Positions 14,207-24,686 of a DNA stretch of 32,000 nucleotides are shown here, in pieces; position 1 is the first letter of the stretch, and each line of letters opens with the position of its first letter. Where the stretch lies: contig NZ_JAGIOS010000002.1 in assembly GCF_017876815.1 (NCBI RefSeq), forward strand, positions 1,110,001-1,142,000, read 5' to 3'. The notes under the pieces are model-generated. The model searched no databases. It was given only the letters and a program-made list of their open reading frames with translations, and was not told the DNA's origin. Source of the DNA: Sinorhizobium meliloti. GTDB taxonomy: Bacteria; Pseudomonadota; Alphaproteobacteria; Rhizobiales; Rhizobiaceae. The position numbers and the translations under genes were made by a program.

Positions 14207-17200
14207 TTACTCTGCCGCAAGCGGGGTCGAGTAGTGCTCCTGTTCGTCCGCATTGTCCTGCGCGGCTGCAGGCTCCGGGTCCGTTTTGCGCGATTTCGGC
14301 TCCTTGCCGAAGAAGAGCGCATAGCCGGCCGGCAGCACGAGGATCGTCAGAACGGTGGCAACCAGTATGCCGCCCATCATCGCATAGGCGAGCGGTCCCC
14401 AGAAGACGCCGCGGGAGATCGGGATCAATGCCAGCACCGCTGTGAGCGCCGTCAGTATGATCGGTCGAAAGCGGCGCACCGCCGCGCCGATGATCGCCTC
14501 GGAACGCTCCATCCCGGCCGCGATGTCCTGGTCGATCTGGTCCACCAGGATGATCGAATTGCGGATGATGATGCCGAGCAGCGCGATGACCCCCAGAATG
14601 GCGACGAAGCCGAAGGGTGCTCCGCTGATGAGCAGGGCCGCCGCCGCACCGATAATCCCGAGCGGACCGGTTGCGAGCACCAGCATCGCCTTGCCGAAAT
14701 GCTGGAGTTGCACCATCAGGAGAATGACGATCACCACCAGCATGATCGGCGCCTTGGCGGCGATCGAGGCCTGGCTCTCGGCGCTGTCTTCGGCGCCGCC
14801 CTGGATCTCCACCTTGTAGCCGGGTGCAAGGCCGTCCCTCAGTCCCTTGAGCTCGTCAAAGAGCTGCATCGCCACGTCGTTCGGCTGCACGCCGTCAGGC
14901 AGCGTTCCGCGCACGGTGATCGTAGGAAGCCGGTCGCGCCGCCACTCGATACCCTGTTCCATGACGGGAACCACCTTGGCAATCTGCGAGACCGGGACGA
15001 AGCCACCGAAATCGGTGGGCACATAGACTGATTGCACGGCAGAGAGCAGGTGGCGATTGCCGCCGGGCTCCCGCGCCACGATGGAGACCGTTTCCTCGCC
15101 ATCGCGGAAGCTGTCGAGCGGGACGCCGGACATTGCCGCCTGCAACATCTGGCGGATGCGCTGCGACGTGATGCCGAGGGCGCGGGCGCGGTCCTGGTCG
15201 ATCACCAGCTTCATCGCCGGCACAGGTTCCAGCCAGTCGTCATGAATCGCGCCGAGCATCGGGTTTTCCTGGAATTTGGTTTTCACCTGGTCGGCGATTC
15301 GACGCACTTCCTCGCGGTCGGGTCCCATCACCCGCATCTGCACCGGCCAGCCGGTCGGTGGTCCCAGGAACAATCGGTCGACCTTGGCGCGGATCGAGGG
15401 GAAGTCCTCGGCGAGTATCATTCTCAACTTGGCGATCAGCCGCTCGCGGGCCGGCTCGTCCTTCGCCATGACGAGGAGCTGCGCGAAATTCGGATTGCGA
15501 AGCTGCTGGTCGAGCGGCAGGAAGAAGCGCGGGGCGCCTTCGCCGATATAGGTGGCGATGAAGCGCTTGTCCTCATCGTCCATCATCCGCTCCTCGAGCG
15601 CCTTCGCCTGCTTTTCGACCTCCTTGATGCTCGTTCCCTCAGGCAGCCAGAGATCGACCAGGATTTCCGGGCGCGAGGACTGCGGGAAGAAATTCTTCGG
15701 AATGAACTGGAATGCCCAAAGGCTCGTCACGAAGATGGCAAGGGTCATCAGGAGCACGACGACGCGGTGGCGCACTGCCCAGCCGACAGTCGTCCTCAGG
15801 CGGCGATAGAAGCGCGTATCGAAGACGTCGTGATGGGTGCCGGCGTGGTGGCGCTGCTTCAGGATCATGTAGCCGAGCCAGGGCGTGAAATAGACCGCCA
15901 CGAACCAGGAGACCACCAGGGCGATGCCGACGACGTAGAAGAGCGAGCGGACATATTCGCCGGCGGTCGATTCCGCGAAGCCGACAGGGATGAAGCCGGC
16001 GGTGGTGATCAGAGTGCCGGTCAGCATGGGAAAAGCGGTCGAGGAATAGGCGAAGCTCGCCGCGTCAATCTTTTCCAGCCCCTCTTCGAGTTTCCGCTCC
16101 ATCATCTCGACCACGATCATCGCGTCGTCGACAAGCAGGCCAAGGGCGATGATCAGCGCCCCGAGCGAGATGCGCTGGAGGTCGATGCCGAGCTCGTACA
16201 TGATCGCAAAAGTGGCCGCGAGCACGAGCGGAATGGCAATCGCGATCACGAGACCGGAGCGCCAGCCGATCGACAGGAAGGAGACGATGAGGACGATGAT
16301 CAGCGCTTCGATGAGCGCGTGGCTGAACTCGGTTATCGCTTCGGTCACGACCTCCGGCTGATTGGAGACCTGATCGACCGACACGCCGTAGGGGAGGGCT
16401 GACTCAAAGCGATCGTAGGTCGCCTCCACTGCCTTGCCGACGTCCGTGACGTTGAAGCCCTTTGCCATGACGACGCCGATCTGGACGCTGTCGTGGCCGT
16501 TGAATCGGAATTTCCTTGCATAGGGATCTTCCAGCCCGGAGGTAACGGTCGCGATGTCGCCAAGCCGGATGGTCCGGTCTCCCGCCCTCAGCCGCAGCTC
16601 GCGGATGTCCTCGACCTTGGTGACGTCTCCTTCGACTGAGATGCGCACCGAGCGCGTGCCGGTGTCGACAGAGCCGGCATAATCGACATTGTTCTGACCG
16701 GCGATCGCATTGCGCAGGTCGTTGAATGTCAGGCCGCGCTCTGCGAGGACCTTGGAGGAAAGGTCTATATAGATTTTCTCGGGCTGGTCCCCGAGGATCA
16801 CTACCTTCTCGACGCCCGGTGTCGTCAGCAGCATGTCGCGTCCCTCGATCGCGAAGCGCTTCAGTTCCGGATAGCTGAAGCCGTCGCCGCTGATCGAATG
16901 CAGGGTGATGAAGGTGTCGCCGAACTCGTCGTTGAAATAGGGGCCGAGCACGCCTTCGGGCAGTTCGTTGGCGATGTCGCCCACCTTCTTGCGCACCTGG
17001 TAGAATGCGTCGGCGACCTCGTCTGCGTTGGTGTCGCCCTCGATCTGGACCGTGATGATGGCACTGCCGGCGCGCGTATAGGAGCGGACGAAATCGAGAT
17101 GCGGCGTTTCCTGCAGCTTGCGCTCGATCTTGTTGACGACCTGGTCTTCCATTTCCTGGATGGAAGCTCCCGGCCATACGGCTTGCACCACCATGACGCG

Positions 17201-17356
17201 GAACGTGAATTCCGGATCCTCGCGCTGCCCCATGCGCAGGAGCCCAAGCCCACCGGTGATGATGATCAGCGCAAGCAGGAAGCGCGCGATGCTCGGATGC
17301 CCGATCGCCCAGCGCGAAAGATTGAACGGTTTCTTGTCCTCGGTGGAGGCGTGCAT
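14207..17356 (-). CDS. RND efflux transporter permease (AcrB-like)
   Basis: 1049-aa ORF with the typical RND N-terminus (..FNLSRWAIGHPSIARFLLALIIITGGLGLL..), two large periplasmic loops and 12 TM segments. Confidence 0.95.
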   Translation of the reverse strand: MHASTEDKKPFNLSRWAIGHPSIARFLLALIIITGGLGLLRMGQREDPEFTFRVMVVQAVWPGASIQEMEDQVVNKIERKLQETPHLDFVRSYTRAGSAIITVQIEGDTNADEVADAFYQVRKKVGDIANELPEGVLGPYFNDEFGDTFITLHSISGDGFSYPELKRFAIEGRDMLLTTPGVEKVVILGDQPEKIYIDLSSKVLAERGLTFNDLRNAIAGQNNVDYAGSVDTGTRSVRISVEGDVTKVEDIRELRLRAGDRTIRLGDIATVTSGLEDPYARKFRFNGHDSVQIGVVMAKGFNVTDVGKAVEATYDRFESALPYGVSVDQVSNQPEVVTEAITEFSHALIEALIIVLIVSFLSIGWRSGLVIAIAIPLVLAATFAIMYELGIDLQRISLGALIIALGLLVDDAMIVVEMMERKLEEGLEKIDAASFAYSSTAFPMLTGTLITTAGFIPVGFAESTAGEYVRSLFYVVGIALVVSWFVAVYFTPWLGYMILKQRHHAGTHHDVFDTRFYRRLRTTVGWAVRHRVVVLLMTLAIFVTSLWAFQFIPKNFFPQSSRPEILVDLWLPEGTSIKEVEKQAKALEERMMDDEDKRFIATYIGEGAPRFFLPLDQQLRNPNFAQLLVMAKDEPARERLIAKLRMILAEDFPSIRAKVDRLFLGPPTGWPVQMRVMGPDREEVRRIADQVKTKFQENPMLGAIHDDWLEPVPAMKLVIDQDRARALGITSQRIRQMLQAAMSGVPLDSFRDGEETVSIVAREPGGNRHLLSAVQSVYVPTDFGGFVPVSQIAKVVPVMEQGIEWRRDRLPTITVRGTLPDGVQPNDVAMQLFDELKGLRDGLAPGYKVEIQGGAEDSAESQASIAAKAPIMLVVIVILLMVQLQHFGKAMLVLATGPLGIIGAAAALLISGAPFGFVAILGVIALLGIIIRNSIILVDQIDQDIAAGMERSEAIIGAAVRRFRPIILTALTAVLALIPISRGVFWGPLAYAMMGGILVATVLTILVLPAGYALFFGKEPKSRKTDPEPAAAQDNADEQEHYSTPLAAE

Positions 17357-17384
17357 GGCCGTCGTCCCGTTCTATCGGTGGAGG

Positions 17385-18539
17385 TTAGCGGAGAATCTCG
17401 GGCTTTTCGGCCCGGGCGGACTGCTGCTCGGCGGATTGCTGTTCGCCCGCCTGCAGTCTCACCTTGAGATCCTCGGCCATGAACTGTGTGCCTGCGGCAA
17501 CGACGAGGTCGCCGGCGCCGAGGCCGTCGACGACGCGCACACCGTTGTCGGCGAAATCGGCGAGCTTGATCGGGCGTGCATGGACGGTCGAGAAGTCACG
17601 ATCAACGATCCAGACGATATTCTGGCCATCCTTCTTCGACAGCGCGCTCAGGGGTATCGAAACGAGCGGCGCCGAGCTTGCTGCAGCCGCCTCGACCGTC
17701 GCCGTCATGCCGAGAAGCACGCGCTCGTCGTTCGGCAGGCTGACGCGTACGGAAAAGGTGCGCGAGCGCTGGTCGGCGCTGCCGGAGACTTCGCGCACAT
17801 GTCCGTCGAGCACAAGCATGTCGTTCGACCAGAAGCGCACCCCGACCGGTTTGCCGGGCTTGAATTCGGTAACATCTATTTCCGGCACTGCGATTTCGAC
17901 TTCCTTCTCGCCGTCGACTGCGACAGTCACGACGGGCGTTCCGGTGCCGACGACCTGGCCGATATCGGCGTTTACGGCCGTGACGATGCCGTTCTGATCG
18001 GCCTTGAGGTCCGTATAGCTTACCTGGTTCTTCGCCTGGCTCAGCGACGAGGCCGCGGCGTCTCGCGTCGATACCGCTTGATCGTAAAGAAGCGTTGCCT
18101 GATCGAGCTGAGCCTGGGAGGAAAACGATTTGGTGAAGAGCTGTTCGGCCCGGAGTTTCGCAAGCGCCGTCGTCTGCACCTGCTTTTCGGCAGCAAGCAG
18201 GTTTGCCTCGGCGCTCGTGACCGCGAGCCGATAGTCGGTGGCGTCGATGCGGGCGAGAATGTCACCAGGCTTAACCCGGTCGCCGATATTGACGAGCCGT
18301 TCGGTTATCTTGCCGCCGACGCGGAAACCGAGGTTCATTTCCGTGCGCGCTCTAACCGAGCCGGAATAGTGAAGCTCCCGCGGCTCGCCGGCCGCGGCAA
18401 TCTCCACGACCTTGACCGGGCGTATGGTCTCCTTCGTCTCGACTTTCTCCTGCGAGCAGCCGGAGAGAACGGCGCCGAGCAGGATCGCGGTGAGGAGACG
18501 GGCGACGAACGGTCGGTTGAGGGCACTTCCTGAAAACAT
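17385..18539 (-). CDS. RND efflux periplasmic adaptor (MFP) lipoprotein
   Basis: ATG 18539 (MFSGSALNRPFVARLLTAILLGAVLSGCSQEK, lipobox LSGC) is preceded by AAGGAG. The sequence has HlyD/MFP-like coiled-coil and beta-barrel regions. It lies 28 nt upstream of the RND gene. Confidence 0.9.
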   Translation of the reverse strand: MFSGSALNRPFVARLLTAILLGAVLSGCSQEKVETKETIRPVKVVEIAAAGEPRELHYSGSVRARTEMNLGFRVGGKITERLVNIGDRVKPGDILARIDATDYRLAVTSAEANLLAAEKQVQTTALAKLRAEQLFTKSFSSQAQLDQATLLYDQAVSTRDAAASSLSQAKNQVSYTDLKADQNGIVTAVNADIGQVVGTGTPVVTVAVDGEKEVEIAVPEIDVTEFKPGKPVGVRFWSNDMLVLDGHVREVSGSADQRSRTFSVRVSLPNDERVLLGMTATVEAAAASSAPLVSIPLSALSKKDGQNIVWIVDRDFSTVHARPIKLADFADNGVRVVDGLGAGDLVVAAGTQFMAEDLKVRLQAGEQQSAEQQSARAEKPEILR

Positions 18540-18631
18540 CGCTCTTACTCTCCTTGGCCACTCTGCGGCGGCGCGGCGTTTTTGTGCATGGCTTCGCCCG
18601 AAACCCGTCCACACTTTTGGGGCAGCATGCC

Positions 18632-19240
18632 TTATTTTTTCAGCGCCCGGATCGCGAACTCGACCAGTTCATCGGGTGTCGCGCGGTTTTCCTTGGCAAG
18701 ACACTGGGCGACGATCTGCGGATGACAAAGGGTGACGAGGCTGGCGCCGAAACATCTGGCCGCGACCGCGGGGTCCACGTCGGCGAACTCTCCGGCTTCG
18801 ATCCCCTCGCGGATAATGCCTGCGAGGAGGTCGTCCAGACGGCTGATATGTTTCTCGATGACGTGCCAGTCGCGCTCGATCGCCACGACGACCATTTCAT
18901 GGACCTTCTGCTCGTCGAGCATCGTCTCGACGGTGAGCTTGTGCTGCCCCAGCGCATAGCGCCTCAGCCGCTCGGAAGCACTGAGTGGCAGATGCGCGAT
19001 TTCCAGCGCCTGCTGGTAGCTCGCGCCGAGCATGCGCAAGCAAAGTGTTTGGTGGATTTCCGTCTTCGACGCAAAGAAGCGATAGATGTTGGCCGGCGAC
19101 ATATCGAGCTCGCGCGCGATATCGGCGACGTTTGTCTTGGCATAGCCGTAATGGCGGAACAGCCGCTCGGCGGCCTCTAGAATGCGCGCCACGTTTTCCT
19201 GGCGGGCTGCGTCTATGGCGTTGTCTGCGAGATCGCTCAT
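18632..19240 (-). CDS. TetR-family regulator, first gene of the efflux operon
   Basis: HTH reads ..ILEAAERLFRHYGYAKTNVADIARELDMSPANIYRFFASKTEI.. Same strand as the MFP and RND genes. Confidence 0.9.
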   Translation of the reverse strand: MSDLADNAIDAARQENVARILEAAERLFRHYGYAKTNVADIARELDMSPANIYRFFASKTEIHQTLCLRMLGASYQQALEIAHLPLSASERLRRYALGQHKLTVETMLDEQKVHEMVVVAIERDWHVIEKHISRLDDLLAGIIREGIEAGEFADVDPAVAARCFGASLVTLCHPQIVAQCLAKENRATPDELVEFAIRALKK

Positions 19241-19259
19241 CCTGTCTCCTGATGATGAG

Positions 19260-19281
19260 TGACGAATTTTGAATTTCGTCA
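19260..19281. promoter_or_regulatory. palindrome TGACGAATTTTGAATTTCGTCA, probable TetR operator
   Basis: TGACGAA / TTCGTCA arms flank an AT-rich centre, 20 nt upstream of the TetR start codon (19240). Confidence 0.4.
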
Positions 19282-19427
19282 GTCGTAATCCGATAATCGT
19301 GACTTGTCAACCGCCGACCCTGTTTGCGGTCGCCAGCTAATCGGCGAACTGCGAGTCGGTGATATACTCATTGACTCATCATACCAGTTCCGCTATTCGG
19401 ATCATCAAGATAGCTGAGGAGTTGCAA

Positions 19428-20255
19428 ATGACATCGATTGCCCTGTTCGGCGCCGGCGGGAAGATGGGCTGCCGCCTGGCCAAGAACCTCAAAGGCTCGC
19501 GTTTCGACGTGCGCCATGTCGAAGTGAGCGAGGCGGGCAAGACGCGGCTGGCCGACGAGCTCGGGCTTCAGGCCGTTGCCGCCGATGAGGCGCTGGATGG
19601 TGCCGAGGTGGTTATTCTGGCGGTGCCGGATACGGCTATCGGCAAGGTCGCTTCCGGGATTGTGGATAGACTGAAGTCCGGCACGATGGTCATCGTCCTC
19701 GATGCGGCCGCACCCTATGCCGGTCATCTGCCGGAGCGCGGCGATCTTACCTATTTCGTCACCCATCCCTGCCATCCGCCGATCTTCAACGACGAAACGG
19801 ATGCGGCAGCCAAGCGCGACTTCTTCGGCGGTGTCGCCGCCAAGCAGCACATCGTCTCCGCGCTGATGCAGGGGCCGGAAGAGGCCTATGCGCTCGGCGA
19901 GGAGATCGCCAAGATCATCTGGGCGCCGGTCATGCGCTCGCACCGGGTGACGGTCGAGCAGATTGCGCTTTTGGAGCCGGGCCTTTCGGAAACGGTCTGC
20001 GCCTCGCTGCTGGTCGTCATGCGCGAGGCCATGGAGGAATGCGTCAAGCGCGGGGTGCCGAAACAAGCAGCCCGCGACTTCCTGCTCGGCCACATGAACG
20101 TGCTCGGCGCAGTGATCTTCGAAGAGACACCCGGCGTCTTCTCCGACGCCTGCAACAAGGCCATCGAATTCGGCAAGCCGATGCTCATGCGCGAGGACTG
20201 GAAACGCGTCTTCGAGCCGCAGGAGATCGCCGACAGCATCCGCCGCATCACCTGA
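19428..20255 (+). CDS. NAD(P)-binding dehydrogenase with 6-phosphogluconate-dehydrogenase-C-like domain
   Basis: ATG 19428 is preceded by GAGGAG. Rossmann motif is IALFGAGGKMGCRLAKNL. The rest resembles '6PGDH C-terminal domain-containing' proteins as I recall them. It is the first gene of the sugar cluster. Confidence 0.75.
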   Translation: MTSIALFGAGGKMGCRLAKNLKGSRFDVRHVEVSEAGKTRLADELGLQAVAADEALDGAEVVILAVPDTAIGKVASGIVDRLKSGTMVIVLDAAAPYAGHLPERGDLTYFVTHPCHPPIFNDETDAAAKRDFFGGVAAKQHIVSALMQGPEEAYALGEEIAKIIWAPVMRSHRVTVEQIALLEPGLSETVCASLLVVMREAMEECVKRGVPKQAARDFLLGHMNVLGAVIFEETPGVFSDACNKAIEFGKPMLMREDWKRVFEPQEIADSIRRIT

Positions 20256-20284
20256 TCGTGCGAACGGAATACCGGAGCATGTGA

Positions 20285-21265
<981 letters not shown>

Positions 21266-21283
21266 TCGGCTCCAAAGAGTTGG

Positions 21284-21316
21284 AGCGGGAGCGGACGAAA
21301 ACCGTCCGCACCCGCT
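21284..21316 (+). other. intercistronic 14-bp stem-loop after the SBP gene
   Basis: AGCGGGAGCGGACG-AAAAC-CGTCCGCACCCGCT with one A:A mismatch, 19 nt after the SBP stop, inside a 165-nt spacer. Confidence 0.5.
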
Positions 21317-21430
21317 GTGCCTTTGAATCCACGCATCATGCTTTCCGAAAATCGATTTCGCTTTTCGGGCCGATGCGCTCGGCACGCGGCCGATCCGCTG
21401 CGCGCCTGTCCTGTCATGGAGTGAATTTCG

Positions 21431-22075
21431 ATGCCGAAGTTTAAGGTCGCGGCCGCACTTGTGGTTGCGGGCGTGATGGCACTCTCGGGCTGCAAGATCA
21501 TCAAGACGCCGACTGCCGAAGAGGCCGCGGAGGCTGCTTCCGGCGGCTTCAATCCCGGTCGCATGGTCGCCGAGATCTGGGACGTCAAGGTGCTTCCCTA
21601 TCTCGACAGGAAGGCCGGTCCGTTCGCCGAGGTGGCGGCTCTCGCCGAGAGCGATCCTCAGGCGGCGGGTGCCAAATACGGCCACAAGGAAAAGCAGGGA
21701 AGTGCGCCCTGGACTTTTGCGGCGCGTCTTTCCGGCACCGTCGTTAAGGCCGAGACGAAGTCGCGCTCGGCCTATGTGGAGGTCGACGCCAACGGCGACG
21801 GCAAGGCGGATGCGCGCGTGCAGATTGGCCCGGCGATCCGTGGCACGGCGATCCGCGACAGCCTCGACTTCGTCAACTTCAACGAATTCAAGAACCAGAT
21901 CGAATGGGCGCAGTTCGGCAAGGCCTTCAACACGCATGTCAACGGACTGGTTCTGGAAAAGCTGTCCCGCGACGGGCTTGTCGGCAAGAAACTCGACGCA
22001 GTCGGCGCCTATCCGCTGCCCGCCAAGGGTCAATTGCCGCTGTTCGTTCCGGCTCAGCTGACGGTGGGCGGATGA
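21431..22075 (+). CDS. DUF2291-family periplasmic lipoprotein
   Basis: Lipobox MALSGC. The position between SBP and ATPase genes, and sequence such as ..SAPWTFAARLSGTVV..VQIGPAIRGTAIRDSLDFVNFNEFKNQIEWAQ.., match my memory of DUF2291. Confidence 0.75.
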   Translation: MPKFKVAAALVVAGVMALSGCKIIKTPTAEEAAEAASGGFNPGRMVAEIWDVKVLPYLDRKAGPFAEVAALAESDPQAAGAKYGHKEKQGSAPWTFAARLSGTVVKAETKSRSAYVEVDANGDGKADARVQIGPAIRGTAIRDSLDFVNFNEFKNQIEWAQFGKAFNTHVNGLVLEKLSRDGLVGKKLDAVGAYPLPAKGQLPLFVPAQLTVGG

Positions 22076-23622
22076 TCATGCACCCAGCTGACGACGATGA
22101 CTGCGTCCTGCGCCTCGAAGACGTGACGAAGGTCTATTCGGGTATAATTGCGGTGCGCCATGCGAACCTTTCGCTCCGGCGCGGCGCCGTGAATGTGCTC
22201 GTGGGGGAAAACGGTGCCGGCAAGTCGACCCTGATGCGGATCATCGCCGGCGTCGAGAAGCCATCACTCGGCCGCATCCTGCTCGACGGCCAGCAGGTGG
22301 AGTTCCATTCGCCGGCCGACGCGCAGCGCCACGGCATCGGAATGGTCTTCCAGGAGCTCAATCTGTTCGGCAATCTCTCGGTTGCCGAGAACATCTTCGC
22401 GACGCGGGAGCTGACCCGGGGCATTCGCGGCATCGATCATCGCGCGCAGGTCGAGAGGGCTACCGGGTTCCTCGACAGGCTCGATGCCGGGATCGATGCC
22501 GAGACGCTCGTCGAAGACCTGCCGATCGGCCAGCAGCAGCTGGTGGAGATCGCCAAGGCGATCTCGCTCGATACCCGCATCCTTATTCTGGACGAGCCGA
22601 CATCGGCCCTTTCGGCGGCGGAGGTGGACGTCCTTTTCAAGGTCATCCGGGAGCTGAAGGCGCAAGGGGTGGCGATCGTCTACATTTCTCACCGGCTCGA
22701 GGAGCTGATGCGGATCGGCGACTACATCACCGTGCTCAGGGATGGACAGATCACCGGCCACGCCATGGTCAAGGACATCGATACCAAGTGGATCGTCCGG
22801 TCGATGATCGGCTCGGATGCGAAGGACTTCGCCAAATCGGTCGACCACCGCCTCGGAGAGGAGGCGTTCCGCGCCGAGGAGATCTGCCTGCCGCGCCGGA
22901 CCGGCGGGCTCGCGGTCGATCATGTCTCGATCTCGGTACGTGCCGGCGAGGTGTTGGGCATCTACGGGCTGATGGGGGCCGGCCGAAGCGAATTCTTCGA
23001 ATGCGTCATGGGCCAGCACCCGCATTCCTCGGGGCGGGTCTTCGTCGGCGGGACGGAGGTCGACGCCAGCGACACGTCGGGCAGGATCAGCGCAGGATTG
23101 GCGCTCATACCGGAAGATCGCCAGCGCGAGGGTCTCGTCCAGGCGCTTTCGATCGCCAGCAACCTGACGCTTGCGAGCCTCGACCGCTTCGTCCGCTTCG
23201 GCTTCCATATTGTCGGCGCGCGGGAGCAAGCCTCGATCGCGGCGGCCATCCGCGATCTTTCCATCAAGGCGCCCAACCCGGACTTCGAGGTGACCTCGAT
23301 GTCCGGCGGCAACCAGCAGAAGGTCGTCATCGGCAAGGCCCTGATGACGAAACCGAAGGTGCTGCTGATGGACGAACCCAGCCGCGGAATAGATGTCGGC
23401 GCCAAGGCGGATGTCTTCCGCACCATGCGCCGGCTTGCCGGCGAGGGGCTCGCCATCCTCTTTTCCACCTCCGACCTCGAAGAGGTCATGGCGCTCTCCG
23501 ACCGCATCGCCGTCATGAGCAACGGACGGCTGGTCACGGTCATCGACCGCGCGGACGCGACGGAAGAGATGATCATAAAGGCTTCGGCCGAGGGTCATAA
23601 AACGACAAGGGAACACGCCTGA
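22072..23622 (+). CDS. sugar ABC transporter ATP-binding protein (two fused ABC domains)
   Basis: ATG 22072 overlaps the previous stop (ATGA). Walker A is GENGAGKST, signature is MSGGNQQKV, and a second nucleotide-binding domain is present. Confidence 0.92.
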   Translation: MIMHPADDDDCVLRLEDVTKVYSGIIAVRHANLSLRRGAVNVLVGENGAGKSTLMRIIAGVEKPSLGRILLDGQQVEFHSPADAQRHGIGMVFQELNLFGNLSVAENIFATRELTRGIRGIDHRAQVERATGFLDRLDAGIDAETLVEDLPIGQQQLVEIAKAISLDTRILILDEPTSALSAAEVDVLFKVIRELKAQGVAIVYISHRLEELMRIGDYITVLRDGQITGHAMVKDIDTKWIVRSMIGSDAKDFAKSVDHRLGEEAFRAEEICLPRRTGGLAVDHVSISVRAGEVLGIYGLMGAGRSEFFECVMGQHPHSSGRVFVGGTEVDASDTSGRISAGLALIPEDRQREGLVQALSIASNLTLASLDRFVRFGFHIVGAREQASIAAAIRDLSIKAPNPDFEVTSMSGGNQQKVVIGKALMTKPKVLLMDEPSRGIDVGAKADVFRTMRRLAGEGLAILFSTSDLEEVMALSDRIAVMSNGRLVTVIDRADATEEMIIKASAEGHKTTREHA

Positions 23623-24686
23623 TGACGACGGCAACGACCACCACCAACGCAACTGACGCGACGAGCGGCTCGGTACTGCTCACCTTGATGAAGCTCAGGA
23701 CGTTCATCGCCCTCTTCGCGGTTGTCGCCTTCTTCTCGATCTTCGCGCCGAACTTTCTTTCGACCGCCAATCTAATCCTGATGTCAAAGCATGTGGCGCT
23801 CAACGCCTTCCTCGCCATGGGCATGACCTTCGTGATCATCACCGGCGGCATCGACCTTTCCGTCGGTTCGATCGTCGGGCTCTGCGGCATGGTGGCCGGC
23901 GGGCTCATCCTCAACGGCATCGATCTGCAGTTCGGCTACACGGTCTATTTCAACGTCGTCGAGGTCTGCCTCATCACGCTCGCCGTCGGGATCGTCATCG
24001 GCGCGGTCAACGGGCTGCTGATTACCAAGCTCAACGTCGCACCCTTCATCGCCACGCTCGGCACGCTCTATGTCGCGCGTGGCTTTGCGCTGCTTTCATC
24101 GGGCGGCCAGACATTCCCCAACCTCGTCGGCAAGCCGGAACTCGCGACGACGGGCTTCGCCTTCCTCGGTTCGGGCCGGCTTCTCGGCCTGCCGGTTTCG
24201 ATCTGGGTCCTCATCGTCGTGGCGCTCGCCGCCGCATACGTCGCCAGGTATACGCCGATCGGCCGGCACATCTTCGCCGTCGGCGGCAACGAGCGTGCCG
24301 CCCGCATGTCCGGCATCCGGGTCGACCGGGTGAAGATGTTCGTCTACATGTTCTCCGGCTTCTGCGCGGCGATCGTCGGACTGGTCATCTCGTCGGAACT
24401 GATGGCGTCGCACCCGGCGACGGGCAATTCCTTCGAACTCAATGCCATCGCCGCAGCGGTTCTCGGAGGCACGTCGATGTCCGGCGGCCGCGGGACGATC
24501 GGTGGCACCATCATCGGCGCCTTCGTCATCGGCATTCTTTCCGACGGCCTCGTGATGATGGGCATCTCGTCCTTCTGGCAGATGGTCATCAAGGGGATCG
24601 TGATCATCGTCGCCGTCGTGGTGGATCAGGCGCAACGCCGGCTGCAGCAACAGGTCACGCTGATGCAGCTTGCGAAAAAGGGGTGA
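23622..24686 (+). CDS. sugar ABC transporter permease (RbsC-like)
   Basis: The start overlaps the ATPase stop (TGATG). The 354-aa product is polytopic with a typical ..GGIDLSVGSIVGL.. block. Confidence 0.92.
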   Translation: MTTATTTTNATDATSGSVLLTLMKLRTFIALFAVVAFFSIFAPNFLSTANLILMSKHVALNAFLAMGMTFVIITGGIDLSVGSIVGLCGMVAGGLILNGIDLQFGYTVYFNVVEVCLITLAVGIVIGAVNGLLITKLNVAPFIATLGTLYVARGFALLSSGGQTFPNLVGKPELATTGFAFLGSGRLLGLPVSIWVLIVVALAAAYVARYTPIGRHIFAVGGNERAARMSGIRVDRVKMFVYMFSGFCAAIVGLVISSELMASHPATGNSFELNAIAAAVLGGTSMSGGRGTIGGTIIGAFVIGILSDGLVMMGISSFWQMVIKGIVIIVAVVVDQAQRRLQQQVTLMQLAKKG

